19,555 bases of DNA from a bacterium (GTDB lineage: Bacteria; Krumholzibacteriota; Krumholzibacteriia; G020349025): NCBI GenBank assembly GCA_031362565.1, contig JANLSU010000049.1:1-19555 (forward strand), written 5' to 3'. Each line of letters starts with the position of its first letter. The stretch's first letter is position 1. Below the pieces are notes generated by a model, which was given only the letters and a program-made list of their open reading frames with translations, searched no databases and was not told where the DNA came from. A program made the translations under genes and the position numbers. Shown here piece after piece: positions 9,301 to 17,194 of the stretch.

Positions 9301-11282
9301 TCCTGGCCCTCGGGGACGTAGCCGCCGGCCGCCTTCGGCTTCAAGCCGAGATACAGGTCGGCCAAGCGCACCGGGATGCGGGTGCTCTCGCGGACGACGC
9401 GTCCGCCGGGCTCGATGACCCCGACCACGACATCGGCACGCAGCGGCATCGAGGTTTTCGGTGCATCCTCGATGGCGAGAGTGAGCTGGGCCGCGCCGCG
9501 CGCGTCGGTCGTGGCACCCGTCATGTGGATGAAGCGTTCGGCGAACTCCTCGCCGATGACGCCGAAACTGTAGCCCTCGAAAGCCGGAAACGGCTGCGGA
9601 TCGAGCCGCAACCGCGCTTCGCCTTCGACGACGAGATTGGCGCCCGGTGCGCCGTACAAGAACCGGCTTGCAACCCTGATGGGGCGCCTTTCGCCGGGGC
9701 GCATGGGGGTGGGATCGACGTCGAGCTTCACTTCGAGCCGCTGCGGCACGAAGTCCTCGACCGAAAACGTTGCGTCGCCGCCGCCGCCCCCGCCGTCGAT
9801 TTCGAGCGTCGCCCGCCACACGCCGCGCGGCGCCGAACGCGGCACTTCGAAATCTTGCGTGAAAGCTGCCGCTTCGGTGCTCTTGACGCGGAAGCGCGCC
9901 GCTTCGGTCGCATTCGGACGGCGAACGATGAGGGTCGCATCGCGCGTCGTGACCGCGCGCCCCGTATCGTCGCGAACGAGGGCCGTCAGGTGCACCGTCT
10001 CACCCGGACGGTAGACGCCGCGATCGAGATACACGAAGGCGTCGATCTGCGGCGGCGCACTGCGTCCGCCGACGTCGCGGTCCGAGAGATCGATCGGCGG
10101 CCGGTCGAGATCGAGCACCGCGTAGTCGGCCGCCGGTCCGTACGCCATCACCATGCGCGGCGACTGCACGCCTTCGCCGTACAAGAGCGGCGCCGGGAAC
10201 TTTGCATGACCGTCGCGGTCGGTGCGGAGGCGCCCCAGTTCATCGTTGTTTTGGGCGACGAGTGCCAGATCGACACCCGCCAGTGGTTTGGCCGATGCCA
10301 GCGAACGAACCAAGACGTCGAGACCGTCGGCGCCCCAGTACGTCGTGAGCGCCATGTCGGTGAACATGATCCAGCGCCAGGCGGTGGCCTTGCCGCCTTC
10401 GTCGCCGGCCGCACCGGCGCCCGGCGAGACGTCTTCGAGTTGCACGTAGTAGGCGCCCGGCCGCAGACCGTGCAGTGTCGCGCCAAGCGGGAAGACGGTC
10501 GTCACCGTGACATTGCGCTCGCCGGCGACATCGAGTTTGCCCTCCCAAATTGGCGTCGCCACGTCGTTGCCTTGCGCATCCCAGTCCCAGTAGCCGTACT
10601 CGCCCTCGGCGGTGGCTTGCCCCGCCTCGACACGCTTGCGCGCCAAGATACGATCGCCGACGCGCGACACCGAAACCTTGATCTTCGTGACGTTGACCGA
10701 TTCGAGCCCAAGGCCATCGGCCTCGGCGCGTGGCAAGACGACGCCCTGGCCCGCGAAACCCACGAAGGCGGGTTTGTCGCCGAATGCCAAGGTCATGGTT
10801 TCGGCGCGCGCGAGCCGCGTGCCGTCCGCGGCCGGCAGGCCCGAGAGCACGGTCAGGGTCCGTTCGTCCGCGAAGCCGAGACCCGAGATGCAAAGCGTCG
10901 AGCCCGCGGCTTCGACCGCGACGCGCGCCGTGGGTTCGAGGCGGACATAGTCCGAGTAGCGCACGTTGGCATCGGTGCTGAGCGGTGCGGTGAATTCGAG
11001 ACAGGCCTTCGGCACATCGCCGGAGGTGTCGATCTTCAAGCGTTTGAAGGCGAAACCCTCGAGTTGCGCCGCCACCGCCCGGGGCGCGTTCGCGTCGCGC
11101 GGTGTGGCGATGCTCTTCGGTACTGCCGCGCCTTGGGTTGCGGCGTCGCCACCGACCTCGGCGCTGCCCAGTTCGCCGGAACGCACCGCCGGACCAGTCG
11201 GCCCCGCACGTCCGATGAGAAAACCGGCCGCGAGGCCGAGGGCGGCGGCGAGCAGAGCGACGGAGCGCTTGTTCATTCCCAT
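6306..11282 (-). CDS. yfhM: Bacterial alpha-2-macroglobulin (YfhM family), ~1658 aa
   Basis: DRGVYRPGETV, FSVEDFVP, AAVDEGIL, PDFNGELRLMAVAW, thioester YPYGCTEQ (CTEQ at 7725-7736), DLLPAGFEIE and EDMYRP. Start placed at ATG 11282 (GGGGG SD-like 7 nt upstream); ATG 11276 is an alternative. Confidence 0.96.
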   Translation of the reverse strand: MGMNKRSVALLAAALGLAAGFLIGRAGPTGPAVRSGELGSAEVGGDAATQGAAVPKSIATPRDANAPRAVAAQLEGFAFKRLKIDTSGDVPKACLEFTAPLSTDANVRYSDYVRLEPTARVAVEAAGSTLCISGLGFADERTLTVLSGLPAADGTRLARAETMTLAFGDKPAFVGFAGQGVVLPRAEADGLGLESVNVTKIKVSVSRVGDRILARKRVEAGQATAEGEYGYWDWDAQGNDVATPIWEGKLDVAGERNVTVTTVFPLGATLHGLRPGAYYVQLEDVSPGAGAAGDEGGKATAWRWIMFTDMALTTYWGADGLDVLVRSLASAKPLAGVDLALVAQNNDELGRLRTDRDGHAKFPAPLLYGEGVQSPRMVMAYGPAADYAVLDLDRPPIDLSDRDVGGRSAPPQIDAFVYLDRGVYRPGETVHLTALVRDDTGRAVTTRDATLIVRRPNATEAARFRVKSTEAAAFTQDFEVPRSAPRGVWRATLEIDGGGGGGDATFSVEDFVPQRLEVKLDVDPTPMRPGERRPIRVASRFLYGAPGANLVVEGEARLRLDPQPFPAFEGYSFGVIGEEFAERFIHMTGATTDARGAAQLTLAIEDAPKTSMPLRADVVVGVIEPGGRVVRESTRIPVRLADLYLGLKPKAAGGYVPEGQDAAFEAIAVDARGTRVAAQVGWRLMEEDWNFDWYREAGEWHWRRSARDILIAEGTADLGTATPATIAKRLPWGNYRLIASEVRRNAETAVRFHVGWGSYAANAESPDRAVVTGPATPIAAGSALKFGIAPPYAGEAQIVVASDRVLAMRQVQVPEKGMEMQIATDPSWGAGVYVLVTVITPRSPKDRPVPRRAVGVAYVAFDMHRRTLAMTLDTHDTVRPRQKLDVPVTFTGPAAGDKVWMTLAAVDEGILRLTKFESPNPVEWYYGKKRLGLKIHDDYGRLLDPNLGAPAHFGSDQLGGEGLTVVPTKTVALYSGVVNVGRNGKATIPLDIPDFNGELRLMAVAWSPQAVGAAARPLTVRDIVPADLVLPRFLAPGDQALATLAIHNVEGAPGGYAAQVSGSGTISSQGGGQTFTLAAGERRTGTFPLRAASVGVGEITLSISAPNNFNVARRYPIEVRSPYLPITTTETVLQRPGETYALPKDALAGLVASTASLGVSYSPLRGVDPAPLLDALWRYPYGCTEQLVSTAFPLLFVDDLGAVLRRDKALELRPRVQDAINKLLDRQGPDGAFGLWHSADGYASPWLGAYVTDFLMRAKAKGYAVPDAALAQSYDAMTQISRVERSANLGYTMALHYGWSTQDTTERLRSRAAAYALYVLARAGEADLGEVRYFHDAVLAKEPSPLAKAQVAAALLALGDRARSTSAFDAAEQAIGYTNDGDYYQTPLRDVAGMLALAAEAGETGRVERLGTRLESLMKSADELQTQEKAELLFAASALLKSAGAARIGVDGAAAKDLGPTPRFAPGPDDIARGMTFRNDSPGALWRSVTRSGAPVAAPPAVEAGFAVTKHIYTRDGQPANLTALRQGDRVVVALSGTPKDQRLHPAVVVDLLPAGFEIEAVLRPEDGAAEVHAIGTRPAGPYAWLGTIDPTRVAEARDDRFVAALDVRATRLTLAYIVRIVTPGTFAMPGAVIEDMYRPAFLGRTAAASITIAPAGN

Positions 11283-11407
11283 GCGAGTTCCCCCAAAGGA
11301 CGGCGGCAGCGGCTTGGCCAAGTGCGAGGCAATCTACCGAACTTCAGGCAGCGCAACCAGGTGGGGGGCGGCGCGCCGGGAGACGGAGCATCGCCGCGAC
11401 CGGTAGT

Positions 11408-11438
11408 TTGAACGCTGCAACAGTATTGGTGCTAGAAT
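11408..11438 (+). promoter_or_regulatory. Putative sigma70 extended -10 promoter for the LVIVD gene
   Basis: TG-c-TAGAAT (TG 11430-11431, hexamer 11433-11438) in an AT-richer intergenic patch. TTGAAC at 11408-11413 has an over-long 19-nt spacer. Confidence 0.55.
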
Positions 11439-11496
11439 CCTGCGGCATTCCCCGGCTCGACTCGAGGAACCCCACCGGGCGGAGGGAGTGGTGACC

Positions 11497-13725
11497 ATGC
11501 ATGGGAGCCCGAGCCTCTCGAGGGCGGCGCCGACGTTCGCCGCCACGCTCGCGTCGTACGTCGCGTTGGTCCTATTCGTAGCGATTGGCTTGACGGGGAC
11601 GTCGGCGGCGCAAACGTGTGTCAATTATCAAGGCTACATGCACGTATTAAGCGACGGGCCGAACGGCGGCGATGATGTCGTCATTGTCGGCTCGTACGCG
11701 TACGTGGCTGACTCCGGGCTCGAGGTCTACGACATCTCGGGCCCAATCGCCCCCGTCCTCATCGGGAGCGTGAGTCTGCCATTCGCCGACGGGATGCGAC
11801 TCGCTGTCGCGGGATCACACGCGTATATCGCGGGATACGATCTCTATATCATCGACATCTCGAACCCTGCGGGGCCCGTCTTGACTGGCAGCGTCGTGAC
11901 GCCGGGTAACGCCTCTGATGTCGCTGTCAATGGCGTTCACGCCTACATCGCAAACGGAACCGCCGGGTTGACGATCGCTGATGTCTCGAACCCAGCTGCT
12001 CCATTCGTTGTCGGCAGCGTTGACACTCCTGGCACCGCGCAAGGCGTCGAACTTGCGGGATCGCGAGCGTACGTCGCCGACGGCTCCGCGGGGCTGAGCG
12101 TGATCGATGTCGCGAATCCGGCAGCGCCACTCATCGTCGGCGCAGTCGACACACCGGGCTTCGCTTTGGATGTCGCTGTCGCCGCCACACGCGCGTACAT
12201 CGCCGACTATTGGCCGAGTGGACTTGTCATTGCCGATATTTCGATCGCGTCGGCACCTGTCATCGTCGGCAGTGTCCACACTCCAGGCTATGCGTCGCGA
12301 ATCGTGCTGCAGGGCTGTACTGCGTTCCTCGTTGACAGGGCATCGAGCGGGGCGCTGCAGACCGTCGACGTCTCCGACCCGGTGCATCCGCGGCTCGCCG
12401 GCCGCGTCGCAACGCCGGCGTCGAGTGTTGGCGTGGCACTGAGCGGCTCGCGGGCCTTCGTCGTGGAGCAAGCGATTAGCATCGGCGAGCTGCAGGGTCT
12501 CCGGGTCATTGACATCACGAATCCGACTTCGCCCGTGGCACTCGGGAGTACCGCGACCGCCGCGCGGGCGATGAAAGTCGCGCTTGCTGGTGGACATGCA
12601 TATGTCGCGGAGCTGCCGTCGGGCCTGCAGGTGTTTGACGTCACGACCTCGCCACCTGTTCAAGTCGGAAGCGCTCCGGCTGGCCCTGGGTACGACATCG
12701 CGGTTGCCGGCAACCGCGTTTACATCGCCGACTCGCCGACTCTGGAGATCTTCGACATCTCCAACCCGGCGATTCCCATATTCATCCGGAACGTTGGGAC
12801 ACCGGCGCAGGCAGTCGTGGTCTCCGGGAGTTACGCCTACGTCGCCACCGGCTCGAGACTGGATATCGTGGATGTTTCGAATGCTGCCGCAGCAGCTGTT
12901 GTCGGGACGGTGGATGTGGGAGGGCAGGACGTGGCGATATTCGGCAACGTGGCTTGCATCGCGGGCTATCAGGGGCTGACGACGATCGACGTCACCGACC
13001 GGCGAGCGCCGCGCGTCCTGGGGAGCACCAGCACAGGCTTTGACTGGTCCATCGCCGTTGCGATGTCAGGTCTTCGAGCTTACGTCGCGACGACGGAGCC
13101 AGGCCCGCAAGCACTCTCGTTCGCCCGGTGCTATGTTGTCGACCTTTCGGCGCCGACATCGCCTACCGTCATCCAGAGACTCCCCTTGACCGGAGGATAT
13201 GCGTTCGACGTGGTGGTCGCGGGGTCGAGCGCATACGTCAGCGAGGGAGACGTCGGCATCGAAGTCGTCGATTTGTCGAACCTCGCGGCGCCTTCGCTCG
13301 CCGGAGGCGTGGTGACTCCGGGAATCGCCACCGGGCTTGCCGTGAACGACGGATGGGTATGCATTGCAGCGCGCGAGGCCGGGATCCATGTCGTTCCAGC
13401 CCAGTGCGTACCGACCGCAGTGGAGCCGCAGGCCGCCGCGTCGACCCGCGGTTGGTACCTCTTGCCCGCGGCGCCCAATCCGATGCGCACTCAAACAACC
13501 TTCCGCTTCGACGCGCCGCGCGCCGGTTTTGTCGAGTTGCGCGTCTTCGATCCCGGTGGCCGCGTTGTGCGTACACTGCTCTCGGCGCCGGTCCTCGCCG
13601 GCCGGGGAGTAGTGGCTTGGGACGGTCGCGACGCCCGCGGCAGGCGGCTGCCGGGCGGGGTGTATTTCGTCCGGCTCGATTGTGCGCCGGGGAGTTCGAC
13701 GCAGCGCGTGACCGTGCTGCCGTGA
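11497..13725 (+). CDS. Secreted LVIVD-repeat beta-propeller protein with C-terminal FlgD-Ig/T9SS-CTD-like domain
   Basis: Signal peptide ending ...TGTSAA|Q. About 14 repeats of VAVxGxxAYVA...GLxVxDISNPxxPxxVGSV. C-terminal PNPMRTQTTFRF...VFDPGGRVVRTL...WDGRDARGRRLPGGVYFVRL. SD GGAGGG at 11481-11486; GTG 11488 and 11491 are alternative starts. Confidence 0.9.
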   Translation: MHGSPSLSRAAPTFAATLASYVALVLFVAIGLTGTSAAQTCVNYQGYMHVLSDGPNGGDDVVIVGSYAYVADSGLEVYDISGPIAPVLIGSVSLPFADGMRLAVAGSHAYIAGYDLYIIDISNPAGPVLTGSVVTPGNASDVAVNGVHAYIANGTAGLTIADVSNPAAPFVVGSVDTPGTAQGVELAGSRAYVADGSAGLSVIDVANPAAPLIVGAVDTPGFALDVAVAATRAYIADYWPSGLVIADISIASAPVIVGSVHTPGYASRIVLQGCTAFLVDRASSGALQTVDVSDPVHPRLAGRVATPASSVGVALSGSRAFVVEQAISIGELQGLRVIDITNPTSPVALGSTATAARAMKVALAGGHAYVAELPSGLQVFDVTTSPPVQVGSAPAGPGYDIAVAGNRVYIADSPTLEIFDISNPAIPIFIRNVGTPAQAVVVSGSYAYVATGSRLDIVDVSNAAAAAVVGTVDVGGQDVAIFGNVACIAGYQGLTTIDVTDRRAPRVLGSTSTGFDWSIAVAMSGLRAYVATTEPGPQALSFARCYVVDLSAPTSPTVIQRLPLTGGYAFDVVVAGSSAYVSEGDVGIEVVDLSNLAAPSLAGGVVTPGIATGLAVNDGWVCIAAREAGIHVVPAQCVPTAVEPQAAASTRGWYLLPAAPNPMRTQTTFRFDAPRAGFVELRVFDPGGRVVRTLLSAPVLAGRGVVAWDGRDARGRRLPGGVYFVRLDCAPGSSTQRVTVLP
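11674..13395 (+). repeat. Intragenic tandem LVIVD repeats (~40-45 codons each)
   Basis: Equivalent xDxSNP positions at 11851, 11977 and 12103 (period 126 nt), then 12232 (129 nt). Units are diverged at synonymous sites. Confidence 0.85.
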
Positions 13726-13800
13726 TCTCAGGGTCATGAAGCCCCACCAACCGTCCGGCGGCCACGGCCCCATCTGCTTGTGAACACTCACGATATGTGA

Positions 13801-13830
13801 TGCAACCCGGGGCCGGTTTGGGGTGTCTGA
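13801..13830 (+). promoter_or_regulatory. Putative ECF-sigma (autoregulatory) promoter
   Basis: TGCAAC (13801-13806), 18 nt, then GTCTGA (13825-13830). This matches the general ECF AAC / GTC(T) architecture and lies ~40 nt upstream of the probable start of the ECF sigma gene. Confidence 0.6.
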
Positions 13831-13870
13831 ACCATTGAGAGCGGGGAACGGTTCGTTCTCGGGGGGACAG

Positions 13871-14413
13871 TTGAACGAGCGCGAACTGTTGGAGCGGCTC
13901 CTCGTGGGCGATGCGGCTGCCGAACGGCAGTTCTACGACTTGCACGTCGACCGCATCTACCGGCTCGCCTATCGCATGACGCGGGATGACACGATGGCGC
14001 GCGACTTCACACAAGAGACTTTCGTTCGCGCCTTCGAGCGGCTGGCGGGCTTCCGCGGCGAGTCGGCGCTGTCGACTTGGCTCTACGCGATCGGCGTTTC
14101 GATCATCCTGAACGGCATGCGCAAAGTGAAACGCTATCGGCGTCACGAGACGGACTTGGAAGCCGCGGAGCATGTCGCCGCGCGCCAAACGGGTGGCGAT
14201 TCCGTGCTGCGCCTGCGTCTCCAAGACGCCATGGACCGGCTCTCGGACGGCTATCGCGCCGTCCTGGTGATGCACGACATGGAAGGCTACAAGCACGACG
14301 AGATTGCGACCATTTTGGGCATTCCCGTCGGCACTTCGAAAGCACGTCTGTCGCGGGCGCGCGAGTCGTTGCGTGAGGATATGAGTGGCCTGGCCGCGGA
14401 GGGTTCGGCATGA
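13871..14413 (+). CDS. ECF-subfamily sigma-70 factor, ~180 aa
   Basis: Region 2: IYRLAYRM...DFTQETFVRAF...FRGESALSTWLYAI. Region 4: LSDGYRAVLVMHDMEGYKHDEIATILGIPVGTSKARLSRAR. TTG 13871 follows GGGGGGA; the ORF-track GTG 13823 falls inside the predicted promoter. Confidence 0.95.
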   Translation: MNERELLERLLVGDAAAERQFYDLHVDRIYRLAYRMTRDDTMARDFTQETFVRAFERLAGFRGESALSTWLYAIGVSIILNGMRKVKRYRRHETDLEAAEHVAARQTGGDSVLRLRLQDAMDRLSDGYRAVLVMHDMEGYKHDEIATILGIPVGTSKARLSRARESLREDMSGLAAEGSA

Positions 14414-15042
14414 ACTCCGACGAGCAATTCGACGCCATGCTCGATGCCGCCATGCGCCAAGCGGGCGAACCGCCGGTGACGCCGCGTGAAGCCTTGTGGG
14501 CCCGGATCGAGGCGGAGCGCGGGCAGCGGCGGGTCGCCGCCTTGCACCAGCAGCGCATTCGACGCGGGCTCTGGTTCGGCGTTGCAGCGGCTGCGGTACT
14601 GGTGATCGGCGTCGGCATCGGCCGGTTCATGGCACCGGCCCGGCCGCGGCTGCCAGTAGCGCAGCAACAGCACGGTGACACCAACCCGGCGTATCGCCTG
14701 GCCGCCGTTGAGCACTTCACGCGCTTCGAGGTCCTGCTGACGCAGTTTCAAAGCGACGGCAGTGGGGCCGATCAGCCGGGCGCCGTCGAAGCGCGCGCCC
14801 AGCAACTGTTGCAAGACACGCGTTTGCTGCTCGACTCGCCAGCCGCCGCGGATGCCGATGTGCGTGGCCTGCTGGAGGATCTCGAAACGGTTCTCGTGCA
14901 AATGGTCCAAGCCGGCTCGAAGCACGGTGCGCAGGAACGCCAATGGGTTGCTGCCGGTGTGAACCAACAAGGCGTCGTCGACCGGTTGCGGCTCGTGGCG
15001 CCCATTTCCCCAGCCGCCGCTGGAAACCGAGGAGTCTATTGA
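14410..15042 (+). CDS. Single-pass membrane protein, putative anti-sigma factor
   Basis: ATGA overlap with the sigma stop. ~50-aa cytoplasmic N-terminus, Arg-rich patch, TM segment GLWFGVAAAAVLVIGVGIG, then a helical C-terminal domain. The function is inferred from position and topology. Confidence 0.75.
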   Translation: MNSDEQFDAMLDAAMRQAGEPPVTPREALWARIEAERGQRRVAALHQQRIRRGLWFGVAAAAVLVIGVGIGRFMAPARPRLPVAQQQHGDTNPAYRLAAVEHFTRFEVLLTQFQSDGSGADQPGAVEARAQQLLQDTRLLLDSPAAADADVRGLLEDLETVLVQMVQAGSKHGAQERQWVAAGVNQQGVVDRLRLVAPISPAAAGNRGVY

Positions 15043-16409
15043 TGCAGGTCCGAATGCAACATCTGGCGAGCGGCGGGCTTCTCGTCGTCTGGGCGTGCTG
15101 GAGCGGCACGGCCGCGGCGTACGCCGAAAAAGACGAACTCGCAAGCGAGGCGCGCATCGTCGCGCAGGCGTCCAAGGACGACCCGGCAGCCCCGCTCTTT
15201 GGGCAAGCGCGCGGGGAACTCAACCGGTCCAACTTCCGGCAGGCGGCGGAACTCTTCGCGCAGGTCTACCAACGCTACCCGCAGTCGGCACAAGCCGCCG
15301 ACGCCTACTACTGGCGGGCCTTCGCTCTCTACAAGCGCGGCGAGGACGCGAACTACCGGACCGCCCTCGAAGTGCTCGAGGAGCAAAAATCGCTCTTCCC
15401 CAATGCGCCGACTCGCAAAGAGGCCGATGCGTTGGCGACGCGCATCAACGGCATGCTGGCGCGCGGCGGCGACTCGGAAGCGGTGAAAAAAATCACCGAA
15501 CTGGCAGGTAAGCCCCAGGCGAAGCCCTCACGCACGGACGATGTGGACGAAGAAATCCGGCTCGAAGCGCTCAGCGCTCTCATGCAGATGAACTCGGAGC
15601 AGGCGGTGCCGATCCTGAAGGGAATTCTGGCCAAGCGCGACGCCAAGAGCGAGTCCTTGCGGGAGCGCGCGGTGTTCATCCTGTCCCAGCAACCCGGTGA
15701 AGATACGGTGGACCTTCTGGTGGACGTCGCCAACAACGACCCCAGCTCCGACGTGCGCGAGAAGGCAGTGTCGTGGCTGGCGCAGGTTCCGGGCGACCGC
15801 TCCCTCGCGGCTCTGACGAATGTGCTGCACAACTCCAAGGATCCCGACCTGCGCGAGAAAGCGGTCTTCGGGCTGTCGCAACACGAGAGTCCGAAGGCTG
15901 CGGCAATGCTGCAGGATCTGGCACTCGACTCCAAGCAGGACGAAGAACTGCGGCAAAAAGCCATCTTCTGGATCAGCCAGCGCGACGGTTCGTTCGAATT
16001 TCTGCGCGGTCTCTATGACAAGTTGGACAGCCAGGAGTTGAAGGATAAGACGATCTTTGCCATCGCGCAGCGGGACGATGCCGGCAGTCGCGACTGGTTG
16101 ATGCAGCGCGCCACCAAGGCGGACGAAGGCATCGAATTGCGCAAGAAGGCGCTCTTCTGGCTGGGGCAAGAAAAGGAACTGAGCGCCGCCGAAGTGCGCC
16201 AGCTCTACACGCGGTTCACCGAACCGGAAATGAAAGAGCAGGTCATCTTCGTCATGTCGCAGCGCGGCGGTTCGGAGGCCGTGGACTTCTTGATGGACAT
16301 CGTCAAGAACGAGAAGAATCCGGAACTGCGCAAGAAGGCCGTATTCTGGCTCGGGCAAAGCGGCGATCCGCGCGCCGCGAAGCTCTTGGAGGAGCTGATC
16401 AACCAGTGA
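15042..16409 (+). CDS. Exported HEAT-repeat protein with N-terminal TPR (BamD/CpoB-like) region, ~455 aa
   Basis: TGATG overlap, SD GAGGAG at 15029-15034. Signal peptide ending AAAYA. TPR-like FRQAAELFAQVYQRYPQSAQAADAYYWRAFALYK. About 9 repeats like LREKAVFWL(G/S)Q. Confidence 0.9.
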   Translation: MQVRMQHLASGGLLVVWACWSGTAAAYAEKDELASEARIVAQASKDDPAAPLFGQARGELNRSNFRQAAELFAQVYQRYPQSAQAADAYYWRAFALYKRGEDANYRTALEVLEEQKSLFPNAPTRKEADALATRINGMLARGGDSEAVKKITELAGKPQAKPSRTDDVDEEIRLEALSALMQMNSEQAVPILKGILAKRDAKSESLRERAVFILSQQPGEDTVDLLVDVANNDPSSDVREKAVSWLAQVPGDRSLAALTNVLHNSKDPDLREKAVFGLSQHESPKAAAMLQDLALDSKQDEELRQKAIFWISQRDGSFEFLRGLYDKLDSQELKDKTIFAIAQRDDAGSRDWLMQRATKADEGIELRKKALFWLGQEKELSAAEVRQLYTRFTEPEMKEQVIFVMSQRGGSEAVDFLMDIVKNEKNPELRKKAVFWLGQSGDPRAAKLLEELINQ

Positions 16410-17194
16410 GACTCACAAGGTTGTCGCGCGCCGCACTGGCCCTGCTGCTCGCCGCTCCCGGTGTGGTCTGGGCGGCGGCCGCGCCGAACGCGCTGCGCGC
16501 CGAGGTCGAGAGGATCCAGAACGGCAAGGTCCAGTTGCATTTTACTGCCCGCCCGGGAGTCTATGGCGACGGGCACAGCATGTCGATCAACCACAACGGC
16601 GGCCGGCGGTCCCGGAACGGCGATTGGTGTTCGCGGTGCACGAACGGACCGGTGTTCGTCGAAATGACGTTGCGACAGGGCGAAGTCGAACGCCTGGATC
16701 AATGTGTGGGCGGTGAGATGCGGACGCGCGCCGGCGTGACCGACCTGGGCGAGATCGCGCCGCCGGTCGCGGCCGAGTTTTTCGTGGCGTTGGCCGCAAC
16801 TGCGGATTCGGATGTGGGGGAGGAAGCGGTGTCGGCCGCGGCGCTCGCCGACAGCGTCGTCTTGTGGCCGCAGCTCGTGCAACTGGCGCGCAATCGCCAT
16901 CTCGCGACCGATGTGCGCAAGCAGGCCTTGTTTTGGGTTGGACAAGCCGCCGGCGAATCGATCACCAAGACGCTCGACGGTTTTTCCCGCGACGATGACG
17001 AAGAAGTCGAGCTGCGCAAGGCCGCGGTCTTCGCGCTCTCGCAGCGCCCCCGCCCAGAAGCGGTCCCGGCGCTGATGCGCATCGCGCGCAGCAAGGTGCA
17101 CCCCGAAGTGCGGCGCGCGGCCTTTTTCTGGCTGGCGCAATTCGACGAGCCCGGCGTCGCCGACTTCTTCGAGGCCATCCTAGTCGGAAAATGA
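16406..17194 (+). CDS. Exported HEAT-repeat protein, 262 aa
   Basis: GTGA overlap with the previous stop. Signal peptide MRLTRLSRAALALLLAAPGVVWA. Beta-rich N-domain with CSRC. Repeats VRKQALFWVGQ, LRKAAVFALSQ and VRRAAFFWLAQ. Confidence 0.88.
   Translation: MRLTRLSRAALALLLAAPGVVWAAAAPNALRAEVERIQNGKVQLHFTARPGVYGDGHSMSINHNGGRRSRNGDWCSRCTNGPVFVEMTLRQGEVERLDQCVGGEMRTRAGVTDLGEIAPPVAAEFFVALAATADSDVGEEAVSAAALADSVVLWPQLVQLARNRHLATDVRKQALFWVGQAAGESITKTLDGFSRDDDEEVELRKAAVFALSQRPRPEAVPALMRIARSKVHPEVRRAAFFWLAQFDEPGVADFFEAILVGK

Noticed and set aside
8847..11411. 854-aa plus-strand ORF, and other long antisense or alternate-frame ORFs (e.g. 4353-5306, 5257-6309, 6564-7580, 13238-14296, 16205-17140)
   Set aside because: They overlap well-supported genes, are Arg/Ala/Pro-rich with no motifs, and are the shadow ORFs expected in high-GC DNA.
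11674..13395. Regularly spaced ~126-nt repeats considered as a CRISPR array or DGR template/variable repeats
   Set aside because: They are in-frame protein repeats diverged at synonymous sites. There are no identical repeats with unique spacers, and no cas or reverse transcriptase gene in the window.
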